From contig JAIPBT010000012.1 in the NCBI GenBank assembly GCA_021738565.1, positions 36,843 to 100,842 of the forward strand: a stretch of 64,000 bases of DNA, in the 5' to 3' direction. The notes beneath the pieces were generated by a model. That model made no database searches and was not told where the DNA came from. It saw only the letters and a program-made list of their open reading frames with translations. The position numbers were made by a program, and so were the translations under genes. The stretch comes from Bacteroidales bacterium. GTDB taxonomy: Bacteria > Bacteroidota > Bacteroidia > Bacteroidales > GCA-2748055. Numbering within the stretch: the first letter of the stretch is position 1; the number at the start of each line of letters is the position of its first letter. Shown one piece after another: positions 33,698-41,888 of this stretch.

Positions 33698-34117
33698 ATG
33701 AGCTTTGAAACATCCGGAAGGATCACTGAGATTTTTCAAACACAACAGGTAACCGATAAATTCAAGAAACGAGAGTTTGTTATCGAAATCAAAGAGACCG
33801 GCAATGCCGGTTTTGAGTTTGTCGAGTATGTTAAATTCCAGACTGTCCAGGACAAGTGCAGCATGCTTGACGCGTTCAATATAGACGACAATGTTCGCGT
33901 TAGCTTCAACCTTCGCGGTCGCAAATGGGAAAAAGATGGACAGACCTCCTATTTTATAAATCTTGATGCGTGGAAGATTGAAAATGAACAATCAACAAAT
34001 AATTCCCCCTCAGCAACCGGATCGCAAGATCAGGATAGGTCTGACAATTTCTCCAGCGACATTACCCCTGGCGAACCGCCTGCCGACAGTTCGGGATTTG
34101 ATGATCTCCCCTTTTAA
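33698..34117 (+). CDS. DUF3127 protein (OB-fold, SSB-like acidic tail)
   Basis: FKKREFVI, VSFNLRGRKW, YFINLDAWKIE, low-complexity linker, C-terminal DDLPF; TAGTTTTG -7 box at about 33666. Confidence 0.85.
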   Translation: MSFETSGRITEIFQTQQVTDKFKKREFVIEIKETGNAGFEFVEYVKFQTVQDKCSMLDAFNIDDNVRVSFNLRGRKWEKDGQTSYFINLDAWKIENEQSTNNSPSATGSQDQDRSDNFSSDITPGEPPADSSGFDDLPF

Positions 34118-34120
34118 TTT

Positions 34121-34159
34121 TTGAACGATCAACCCTAATTACATTGGGTTCGTCATCAA
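34121..34159. terminator. Imperfect hairpin between convergent genes; one arm matches the peptide 5' UTR
   Basis: TTGAACGATCAACCCTAAT-TAC-ATTGGGTTCGTCATCAA. Confidence 0.5.
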
Positions 34160-34165
34160 TCCCGT

Positions 34166-35026
34166 TCAGTTCAGCAGTCCGGTATAATTTTCCTCCTGTC
34201 GCATTTCCAGATCCTTACGCATACCGATCATTTTAACCGGCAGGCAGATCGTTATTCCCATTCGTTTAAGATCGGGGTTATTCAGGCTGACTGTTCCACC
34301 CATTTGACGGACCATGTCCCTTGTCAGTTTAAAAGCTATGCCGGTATTATCTAAATAATTATACCAATCATTCCCGTTAACCGTATTTTCAAAGATCATT
34401 TTTGCCCTCTCCTCGAGCAATTCATTTTTGTCGCTCACAATGGTTATATGTGCCTCCTTTTCTTCAGCGATTCTCAACCTCAATTCCACTACTCCCTTCT
34501 GCTGGTTTGTCATTGCATTGATAACCAGGCTTTCCAGTATTCGCTGAAGGCGGAATCCATCGGTTTCAACGACGATCCGCTTGTACATCCATGGCAGCGT
34601 GAGCAACAGCACTGCAGAATATCGCAATTCTCTGATTGAATGTATATGGTTCTTCTGATAGATCACCTTCAGGAGATCATCAACAAACACCGTTTCCTTG
34701 CTGAAAGTCAGGTTATTTGTTTCCAGCAATGCAAAATCAATGATGTTGTCGACCACTTTCAGAAGCATATTGCTGTTCAGGGAGATATACTCAATGTACT
34801 CATCCCTTTCATTCTCAGAGATATTCTCACTCTTCAGCAGGTCCGAGAATCCCAGGATTGCATTCATTGGTGTCCTGATCTCATGCGAAACATTGGAAAG
34901 AAACCTGGTTTTGACCTGGGAGCCTGCATCCTTGTTTGCATGGTAGATCCCTTCCAGCCACCTTACCTTTTCCATCAGCATTTGATTCACCGATTTCAAT
35001 TCCTCGTATGTGGGTTTTTCATTCAT
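34166..35026 (-). CDS. Sensor-less histidine kinase-like protein (HisKA plus degenerate HATPase)
   Basis: MNEKPTYEEL coiled N-terminus, FLSNVSHEIRTPMNAILGFSDLL H-box; G1 box replaced by SDKNE, G2 replaced by NTGIAF. Confidence 0.8.
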   Translation of the reverse strand: MNEKPTYEELKSVNQMLMEKVRWLEGIYHANKDAGSQVKTRFLSNVSHEIRTPMNAILGFSDLLKSENISENERDEYIEYISLNSNMLLKVVDNIIDFALLETNNLTFSKETVFVDDLLKVIYQKNHIHSIRELRYSAVLLLTLPWMYKRIVVETDGFRLQRILESLVINAMTNQQKGVVELRLRIAEEKEAHITIVSDKNELLEERAKMIFENTVNGNDWYNYLDNTGIAFKLTRDMVRQMGGTVSLNNPDLKRMGITICLPVKMIGMRKDLEMRQEENYTGLLN

Positions 35027-35056
35027 TCTGAAGCTGTTGAAATACCTCTTTACTGT

Positions 35057-35809
35057 TTAATTTTTGAGTTTTCTCAGCAATTTTCTTGCCGCTCTCTTTT
35101 TATCACTGTTACTGGATGCAATCCTGGCAAATTGTCTCCGCGCCCTTTCAGTATCATTCGTTGCCAGGTAGCACAATCCAAGGTACCATTCAGCCTGCTC
35201 AACATACAGGTTATCATTGTGTTCGATAACCTTGTTGAAAGAAATTCCTGCATCGGTATACCTGTTCATCTCAAAATATGAGATACCAGTATACAGGTTG
35301 GTTGCCACCTGGTCGGGATGCTGCTCGAGCACCTTTTCAAAATAAACAACGGCTTCAGCAAATTCGCCATCCAGGTACAATCGCTCAGCATGCTGAAGCA
35401 TCAGCTCCAGTTCCGTGTCGTTCGACCTGTTAATGAGCGCAACCTCATATGGCTTGTAATATTTTTTAAGCAGATCCTTGTTCGAAATGGGCCTGTCTAA
35501 AAAAGATGCCATCCCAATGGCAAGGATCAGGGCAATAGCTGCAGTGGCAGCATAGTGCCAGGGTTTTGTAAAGCGTATGGGCAATCTTGAATTGCCACTG
35601 CTCTGTTTGGTCTCTTTTCGCAGATCCCTGAGTTGATCTCTGAAATTCAATACTTCAGTATCAGCAAGTGCCTCATCGACTTCCCTGTAAAGTACCAGTT
35701 CTGCCTGTAATTCGGGACTTGTCTCCAGGTCTGCTTCGAACCTCTTCATTTCCTTTTCTGAAAGGTCATGATCGAGGTACATCTGGATCATGTACTTGTC
35801 TCGTTTCAT
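35057..35809 (-). CDS. Putative anti-sigma factor: N-terminal ASD-like helices, one TM helix, C-terminal TPR domain
   Basis: IQMYLDHDLSEKEMKRFEADL N-terminus, TM WHYAATAAIALILAIGMASFL, TPR helices ending EQAEWYLGLCYL. Confidence 0.75.
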   Translation of the reverse strand: MKRDKYMIQMYLDHDLSEKEMKRFEADLETSPELQAELVLYREVDEALADTEVLNFRDQLRDLRKETKQSSGNSRLPIRFTKPWHYAATAAIALILAIGMASFLDRPISNKDLLKKYYKPYEVALINRSNDTELELMLQHAERLYLDGEFAEAVVYFEKVLEQHPDQVATNLYTGISYFEMNRYTDAGISFNKVIEHNDNLYVEQAEWYLGLCYLATNDTERARRQFARIASSNSDKKRAARKLLRKLKN

Positions 35810-36013
35810 ATGATTATGTAAATAAATTTTCCATGTAAATTCATCTAGAACTACACATCCATCAGATCACACTGATCCACAGATGTATTTATGTATTGCC
35901 ATGCTGAAATAATTCAGCTCAGCGTACCATTTTCATTACTTAGTTCAGTTCGGGCGTTCCCAAATAAGGTATTTACAAGGTATTTAAATCTCTTTTCGGA
36001 TTGTCCCGCAAGA

Positions 36014-36157
36014 TTAGTTGCCATCATCGGTAGCTCCGCCGGGAGGTACTAATAAGTCCGTTGGTTGATCAGAACCTCCTCCTTTTAAAAAATTCATCTC
36101 TACCATGGTCATTGCATCCGTTGCAAAATTGTCGATTGTGAATTGTAAAGTTTTCAT
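36014..36157 (-). CDS. 47-aa double-glycine-leader peptide precursor, absent from the ORF track: MKTLQFTIDNFATDAMTMVEMNFLKGG-GSDQPTDLLVPPGGATDDGN
   Basis: Manual translation, ATG at 36157 to TAA at 36016-36014; MTMVEMNFLKGG fits the (L/M)(S/T)xxE(L/M)xx(I/L)xGG leader consensus; A-rich Bacteroidota-type leader AACCCTAATTACAAACGAC. Confidence 0.8.
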   Translation of the reverse strand: MKTLQFTIDNFATDAMTMVEMNFLKGGGSDQPTDLLVPPGGATDDGN

Positions 36158-36204
36158 GTCGTTTGTAATTAGGGTTTAACATATTTGTTGATCGTTCAAC
36201 CCTT

Positions 36205-36232
36205 TATTCCCAAAAACATGGAAACGTTACCC
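36205..36232 (-). promoter_or_regulatory. Candidate ECF-sigma promoter for the peptide/anti-sigma/kinase operon
   Basis: Minus strand GGGTAAC-N15-GGAATA; AAC-containing -35 typical of ECF promoters, preceded by a T-tract. Confidence 0.4.
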
Positions 36233-36372
36233 AAAAAAAATAAAAAATTTTCATTTTATTTTTAATAGCTTAATAATCAAATATTTAATTATATATTTTT
36301 TAATGAAAAAAATGATATATTTTGGAATCTATACTTGTTTTTATTTCATTTACATTGTATATATAGAATATA

Positions 36373-39165
36373 ATGAAAATAGTTTCAATATTCCTGTCAT
36401 TTTTTCTTATCCATTATTTTTTCTCTGCTCACGGGCAAATTGAGAAATCAACACCTGAGCAAAAAATTAATTCCCTGAGTCAAAAGGCATGGGATTATTT
36501 TTATCAAGGCAAGTATGATAGTGCTGAATATTTTTATCAAAACACTATCAACTTACAAGAAGCTTATTTTGGGCATTATGATAATCATACAGCTGGAACA
36601 TATTTAAATTTAGGAGCAGTATATAGAAGACTTTATCATTTGAAAGATGCACTGAAGTATTTAAATATTGCTGAGGCTATTTTTAAGCAGACTAGTCCAG
36701 ATACCTACTTATTGGGATATATTTATAATAATAAAGGAAACATCTATTATACTTATTCTGATTATGGCGAAAGCGAAAGGTATTACAAACAAAGTCTTAA
36801 TCAGCTAATTAGAACACAACAATATAATAATGACATATTTGAAATAGTATATTTAAACCTATTTAATCTTCTAATAACCCAAAATCGTTTAGAGGAAGCT
36901 GAGACTTTAATTGAGGAAATTAAAGAGATTGAAGTAATTGGAAAAAATTCATATTCCAAAAACAAATATTTAGCTCAAGCATATGATATATTAGGCCATA
37001 ATGAATTAGCTCTAATCGAAATTAGTAAAGGTAAAGCGAAATTAGCATCGGATAAAAATTCAAGCCCTCATGACTTAATAGAATTTAATTTTAGAGAAGC
37101 ATCTGTACATTTAAAATTAAATAATCTTTCCAAAGCATTAGAGCTTTCTCTTGATAATATTGGTTTGTTCCAAAATATTAAGACAATTGATTATCAGAAA
37201 TTGGCAGACACATATTGGTTAGTAGGTAATATTTATTTTATTAAAGAAGAGTATCGGAATTGTTACGATTGGTTATCAAATGTTATTAATGAGTTAAATG
37301 AGGCACTAAAGAATTCAGATATTACTCAAATAGACCCTACCTCCCGCATTTTGAAAAGTTTTTTTGTGGATCTAAATCACTTACAAGCTCAAACTTGTGT
37401 TGCTCTCCATGAAGAAACTGGAAATAATAAATATTTAGAACAGTCACTCAAATTATATACTGAGATTATAGAAGTATTAAAGATCTTTAAAATTCATATG
37501 AGGAATGACAAAAGCAAATTTAGTAACACAGAAAATAGATTATCATTAATTCATGAAGCAACCAATGTTGCATTGCAACTATATGAAACTAGTAAACAGG
37601 AAAAATATTTTAATAAGGCATTTAATTATGCAGAGAATTCCAAGTCATTTATTTTATTATCTCAAATAAAAGAAGTTGAAGCTATTCAATTTGCTGAATT
37701 ACCAAAGAAAATACTCGATAGAGAAACAAATTTATCTGGTGAAATATCAGGTTATGAAGAATTAATTTTTGAAGAAAATATTAGTCTTGAACCAGATAGT
37801 CTTAAACTAGCTACTTTGACCAATAAGTTATTTGAGCTTAAAGATGATTATAATGCATTACTAGACTCAATTGAGTTATTATATCCCAACTATTTTGAAC
37901 TGAAATACAATCCCCATTTTATAACGCCATCGGAGGCACAGTTCAGACTTCACAGGCATGAGGCACTTGTGGAATACTTACTTTCAGATTCCATACTCAC
38001 CACGTTTGTTATAGACAAGGAGCAGATTGAAGCGTTCCAGCAGCGGCTGCCCGAAGGTTTTTCAAAGAAGTGCATCGACTATTTCACATTGATCCGTGAC
38101 CAGAATTTCAGTCAGGATGTACACCAGACATACAGGGATTTTGTTCGGCTCAGCAGGATGTTCCACGAGATCCTGGTTGCACCTGTACTGGAATTAACGG
38201 AAAGCAGGGAGATCACTTTTGTCCCCGACGGCGCCATCATGTACCTGCCGTTTGAAGCTTTTCTCACCGCGGATGTCGATGAGGAGTACATTGATTACCA
38301 TTCCCTTCCTTACCTGATCCACGATGTATCGGTAGGTTATTCATATTCTTCAACCCTGCTCTTCAATAAGAGGTTCAAAACAGGATCCCCGGAGCGGAAG
38401 GTACTGGCTTTTGCCCCATCCTATAACAACCTTCTTGGTGAAGATCCGCTCGAATGGGACAGGCAAAGCAACCCGGATTTTCTGGTACCATTGCAGGGTG
38501 CTGTAGAAGAGGTGGAGTACATTTCAAAAAGGGTCCCCTCGGTAGCATTTATGGATTCAATGGCCTCCGAAGCGAATTTCAAAAAGCATGCATCCGATTA
38601 TTACGTGTTGCACCTGGCCATGCATACCATATTGAATGACCAGGAACCGATGTATTCCAGGCTTGCATTTACCAGGAACTTTAATGACACAACGGAAGAT
38701 CACGATCTGTTTACATACGAGATCTACAATATGCAGCTCAATGCCGATATGGTGGTCCTGAGCTCCTGCAACAGCGGGTATGGCAAGATGCAGAAAGGGG
38801 AAGGAATGATGAGCATGGCAAGGGGTTTTATTTATGCCGGCTGTCCAAGCATTATCATGACCCTCTGGCAGGTTTCCGACAGGTCAAGCTCGGAACTCAT
38901 GAGCAATTTCTACAAGCACCTGAAAAAAGGCAAGAGCAAAAAAAGTGCATTAAGGCAGGCAAAAATTGATTACATCAGGGCATCGGACAATTTGAAATCC
39001 AATCCCTATTTCTGGTCCTCCTTCCTTGTAGTTGGCGATAACTCTCCCCTGTACATGACATCGGCGGGTTGGTACCTTGCAATGATCATTCTGGCGTTCC
39101 TGATCGTGGTATTGCTTGCAACCTATAAAAAACAGATCCGCAAAAAACTTAAAAAATTCAGATAG
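36373..39165 (+). CDS. TPR-CHAT (caspase/HetF-associated, clan CD) protease with signal peptide and C-terminal membrane anchor
   Basis: Signal MKIVSIFLSFFLIHYFFSAHG; TPR helices; FVPDG, LPFEAF, AFAP, LHLAMH (His at about 38623), VVLSSCNSG (Cys at 38767), MTLWQVSD, PYFWSSF; TM WYLAMIILAFLIVVLLATY followed by basic tail. Confidence 0.92.
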   Translation: MKIVSIFLSFFLIHYFFSAHGQIEKSTPEQKINSLSQKAWDYFYQGKYDSAEYFYQNTINLQEAYFGHYDNHTAGTYLNLGAVYRRLYHLKDALKYLNIAEAIFKQTSPDTYLLGYIYNNKGNIYYTYSDYGESERYYKQSLNQLIRTQQYNNDIFEIVYLNLFNLLITQNRLEEAETLIEEIKEIEVIGKNSYSKNKYLAQAYDILGHNELALIEISKGKAKLASDKNSSPHDLIEFNFREASVHLKLNNLSKALELSLDNIGLFQNIKTIDYQKLADTYWLVGNIYFIKEEYRNCYDWLSNVINELNEALKNSDITQIDPTSRILKSFFVDLNHLQAQTCVALHEETGNNKYLEQSLKLYTEIIEVLKIFKIHMRNDKSKFSNTENRLSLIHEATNVALQLYETSKQEKYFNKAFNYAENSKSFILLSQIKEVEAIQFAELPKKILDRETNLSGEISGYEELIFEENISLEPDSLKLATLTNKLFELKDDYNALLDSIELLYPNYFELKYNPHFITPSEAQFRLHRHEALVEYLLSDSILTTFVIDKEQIEAFQQRLPEGFSKKCIDYFTLIRDQNFSQDVHQTYRDFVRLSRMFHEILVAPVLELTESREITFVPDGAIMYLPFEAFLTADVDEEYIDYHSLPYLIHDVSVGYSYSSTLLFNKRFKTGSPERKVLAFAPSYNNLLGEDPLEWDRQSNPDFLVPLQGAVEEVEYISKRVPSVAFMDSMASEANFKKHASDYYVLHLAMHTILNDQEPMYSRLAFTRNFNDTTEDHDLFTYEIYNMQLNADMVVLSSCNSGYGKMQKGEGMMSMARGFIYAGCPSIIMTLWQVSDRSSSELMSNFYKHLKKGKSKKSALRQAKIDYIRASDNLKSNPYFWSSFLVVGDNSPLYMTSAGWYLAMIILAFLIVVLLATYKKQIRKKLKKFR

Positions 39166-39168
39166 TAT

Positions 39169-39747
39169 TTATTCTTCCATCATATCACGGTAATCCTGGT
39201 CCTCCCTGATCCTGTTGATAAGGTACTCTTTGCAGAAATGCCTTCTCTTCCTGACATACGTATCGCTCCGGAAACCCAATTGCTCTGCTATCTCCCTGGC
39301 AGACAAATCCTGGACAGTAAGTTTTAGTATTTCCTGGCAATCCCCGGGAATCAGTTTTAAATTTCGCTGGTACACTGCAAGACGCAGGTCCTTGTCCTGC
39401 ACAGGCGGGGGTTCCTCAAATTCAATGAAATCCTCCATCTCCCTGTCAAGCCTGCCAACCTCCATTTTGCGGGAATCCCTTAATTTCTTTAACAACAACA
39501 ACCGGTTTATGGAATACAAATAGGTGGAAAAAGTGCTGGTAAGCTGAAATTCCTTCTCCTCACGAATCCGTTTGAAAATTATGATGAGGGATTCCTGGAA
39601 AATATCTTCTGCATCGTCTTCACTGCAACTGTTTGAAAGCACCATCCTGCTTACCCTGTCGAAATTGGTCGAATAGATGAAGTGGATTACATGGTTGTCT
39701 CTCCTGCGGAGACCATGGATTATCTCTTCATCGGAAAACCTCTTCAT
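39169..39747 (-). CDS. ECF-type sigma-70 factor
   Basis: Region 2 DAEDIFQE...FSTYLYSI, region 4 LSAREIAEQLGF; 192 aa. Confidence 0.9.
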   Translation of the reverse strand: MKRFSDEEIIHGLRRRDNHVIHFIYSTNFDRVSRMVLSNSCSEDDAEDIFQESLIIIFKRIREEKEFQLTSTFSTYLYSINRLLLLKKLRDSRKMEVGRLDREMEDFIEFEEPPPVQDKDLRLAVYQRNLKLIPGDCQEILKLTVQDLSAREIAEQLGFRSDTYVRKRRHFCKEYLINRIREDQDYRDMMEE

Positions 39748-39791
39748 GAAATAGTCTTATTGCGTCAGTTGATAGTGCACACTTGGAATGA

Positions 39792-39799
39792 CAAATATA
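39792..39799 (-). promoter_or_regulatory. Bacteroidota primary-sigma -7 box upstream of the ECF sigma gene
   Basis: TATATTTG on the minus strand matches TAnnTTTG. Confidence 0.5.
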
Positions 39800-39936
39800 A
39801 TTATTCTGATGAACCCCGGACTTTGAAAACCAAAACTAATGAAATTCTTATGAATAGATGTCAATATATCCTAAATTTGAAGAGAACTGAAAACTGCAAT
39901 CTTTCAGGTTGCCAGTTGTAAAAAAACCATTGAACA

Positions 39937-41196
39937 ATGATCGAAAATTTACTGAATAAATACCAGGAACTGCTGATTGGTGCCGGCTTGTCGGAAAACC
40001 TTGCCATTGTGCTTGAAAATCTTTCGGTCTTCCTGGTTATCGCATTGCTTGCCTTCCTGGCCGACCGCATTACAAAAAGGATCCTGGTTGTTTCTATAAA
40101 GAATCTTGTCAGTAAAACCAGGACAAAGTATGATGACATACTTTTTAAAAAGAAAGTATTTATCAGGATCGCCCATATAGCGCCAGCCCTGGTTATCAAT
40201 GCCACCATCGTGTTTTTTATTGATGCCGAAGGACTTGCAATTTTCATAAGACTGCTGACCAATCTGTATATCATCCTGGTAACATCACTTGTTGTTGATT
40301 CATTGCTCAGTGCCCTGCATGAAATATACCTGCAACTTCCTGTTTCCCGCGGCAGAAATATAAAAGGCTATGTGCAACTGCTTAAGATCCTGATTTATGT
40401 CATTGCCTTGCTGGTTGCCATTTCAATAATAACGGAAAAACCGGTTTCAGGTCTGCTTGCAGGTATTGGCGCTTTCGCTGCTGTGCTCATCCTGGTTTTC
40501 AAGGATACGATCCTTGGGCTTGTAGCAAGCATCCAGATTGCAGCCAATAACATGGTGCATGTGGGTGACTGGATCTCCATGCCCAGTCATAATGCCGACG
40601 GTGATGTGATCGATATCGGCATAAACACGGTAAAGGTTCAGAACTGGGACAAAACCATATCCACCATACCGACCTATGCACTGATATCTGAGTCATTCAA
40701 TAATTGGAGGGGAATGTCAGAATCGGGCGGAAGAAGGATCAAACGGTCCATAAACATAGACATGCAAAGCATCCGGTTCGTGGATGAAAAGATGCTTGAT
40801 AAATTCAAAAAGATACATGTGCTGGGTGATTATATTGAGAAAAAAGAGAAGGAAATTGAAGAACACAATAAAAAAATTGGTGCCGATGAAAGCAACCTTA
40901 TCAATGGCCGGAGGATGACAAACCTGGGGACATTCCGGAAATACCTTGAAATATACCTTCAGAACCATCCCAAAATCAACAGGGACATGACTTTTCTTAT
41001 AAGGCACCTGCAACCCACTGAAAGGGGGATCCCCATCGAGATATATGTTTTTAGTAATGATGTGAAATGGGCGAACTATGAAGCCATCCAGGCAGACATA
41101 TTCGATCATATACTTTCAGTTATTCCGGAATTCGGACTTCGTGTGTTCCAGGATCCCAGTGGAGATGATTTTAAAAGTTTCATTTCAAATCGCTGA
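39937..41196 (+). CDS. MscS-family mechanosensitive channel (YbdG-like)
   Basis: LVFKDTILGLVASIQ, GDWISMP, VKVQNWDKTI, NWRGMSESGGRRIKRS, TNLGTFR. Confidence 0.92.
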   Translation: MIENLLNKYQELLIGAGLSENLAIVLENLSVFLVIALLAFLADRITKRILVVSIKNLVSKTRTKYDDILFKKKVFIRIAHIAPALVINATIVFFIDAEGLAIFIRLLTNLYIILVTSLVVDSLLSALHEIYLQLPVSRGRNIKGYVQLLKILIYVIALLVAISIITEKPVSGLLAGIGAFAAVLILVFKDTILGLVASIQIAANNMVHVGDWISMPSHNADGDVIDIGINTVKVQNWDKTISTIPTYALISESFNNWRGMSESGGRRIKRSINIDMQSIRFVDEKMLDKFKKIHVLGDYIEKKEKEIEEHNKKIGADESNLINGRRMTNLGTFRKYLEIYLQNHPKINRDMTFLIRHLQPTERGIPIEIYVFSNDVKWANYEAIQADIFDHILSVIPEFGLRVFQDPSGDDFKSFISNR

Positions 41197-41382
41197 GTCT
41201 ATTGTATAACATGCCTTTTGCCATTGGAAAAACGAGCCGCTTCATTAAATTTAAACATTCGAACTTTTTTAGGGTAAAAGCTTTTAATTTTTTAGTGAAC
41301 AAATCAATTGCCGTTAGAAACATTAAAATATATTAAAAGCTGCCTAACAGTTCATTGTATCTGAATCTAACTTATTTTTACT

Positions 41383-41847
41383 ATGGAAAACGCACTGCAC
41401 CTGGATAAACTCGACCGCCAGATCCTCTCACTTGTAACAAAAAATGCCAGGATACCCTATCTTGAGGTAGCAAGGGAATGTAATGTATCTGGCGCAGCAA
41501 TTCACCAGCGTATTCAAAGACTTACCAAACTGGGTATTATATCAGGATCTGAATTTACGCTTGATCCAAAAAAGATAGGATTCCACACCTGTGCCTATGT
41601 TGGGATATTTCTTGACAATGCCGGGTTGTATCCCGAAGTTGTAAAACAGCTTGAAAAGATCCCTGAGATCACCCAGTGCCATTATATTACAGGGGGATAT
41701 TCCATCTTTATTAAGGTTTATACAAGGAACAATGAGGACCTGAAACATATGCTCGTGGATAAGGTACAGGCCATTGCCGGCGTATCAAGGACGGAGACTT
41801 TTATATCGCTTGAAGAGACCTTCAACAGGCAGATACCGCTTATATAG
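41383..41847 (+). CDS. asnC: AsnC/Lrp family transcriptional regulator
   Basis: LDKLDRQIL...NARIPYLEVARECNVSGAAIHQRIQRL, TETFISL. Confidence 0.9.
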   Translation: MENALHLDKLDRQILSLVTKNARIPYLEVARECNVSGAAIHQRIQRLTKLGIISGSEFTLDPKKIGFHTCAYVGIFLDNAGLYPEVVKQLEKIPEITQCHYITGGYSIFIKVYTRNNEDLKHMLVDKVQAIAGVSRTETFISLEETFNRQIPLI

Positions 41848-41888
41848 TGTCTGTCCATAAAGTCCGATAGCTGCATTGACAAGCACTA
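41845..41888. mobile_element. Short internally deleted MITE (family A) whose TAG/CTA ends form the stop codons of asnC and rlmB
   Basis: TAGTGTCTGTCCATAA...TTGACAAGCACTA. Confidence 0.7.

Noticed and set aside
34640-35281. Long antisense ORFs (e.g. 213 aa here, 27145-27825, 6411-7013)
   Set aside because: Shadow ORFs opposite well-supported genes, with no recognisable motifs
35810-36013. Additional small peptide ORFs between the peptide and anti-sigma genes
   Set aside because: Minus-strand ATGs give only 3-11 codon frames without leader motifs
36014-36157. Lanthipeptide or radical-SAM RiPP cluster
   Set aside because: Core has no Cys and no modifying enzymes or exporter occur in the window; modification in trans cannot be excluded
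36373-39165. Type III-E CRISPR (Craspase) or anti-phage caspase system
   Set aside because: No Cas7-11, array or defence partners; signal peptide and TM anchor indicate an extracytoplasmic signalling role
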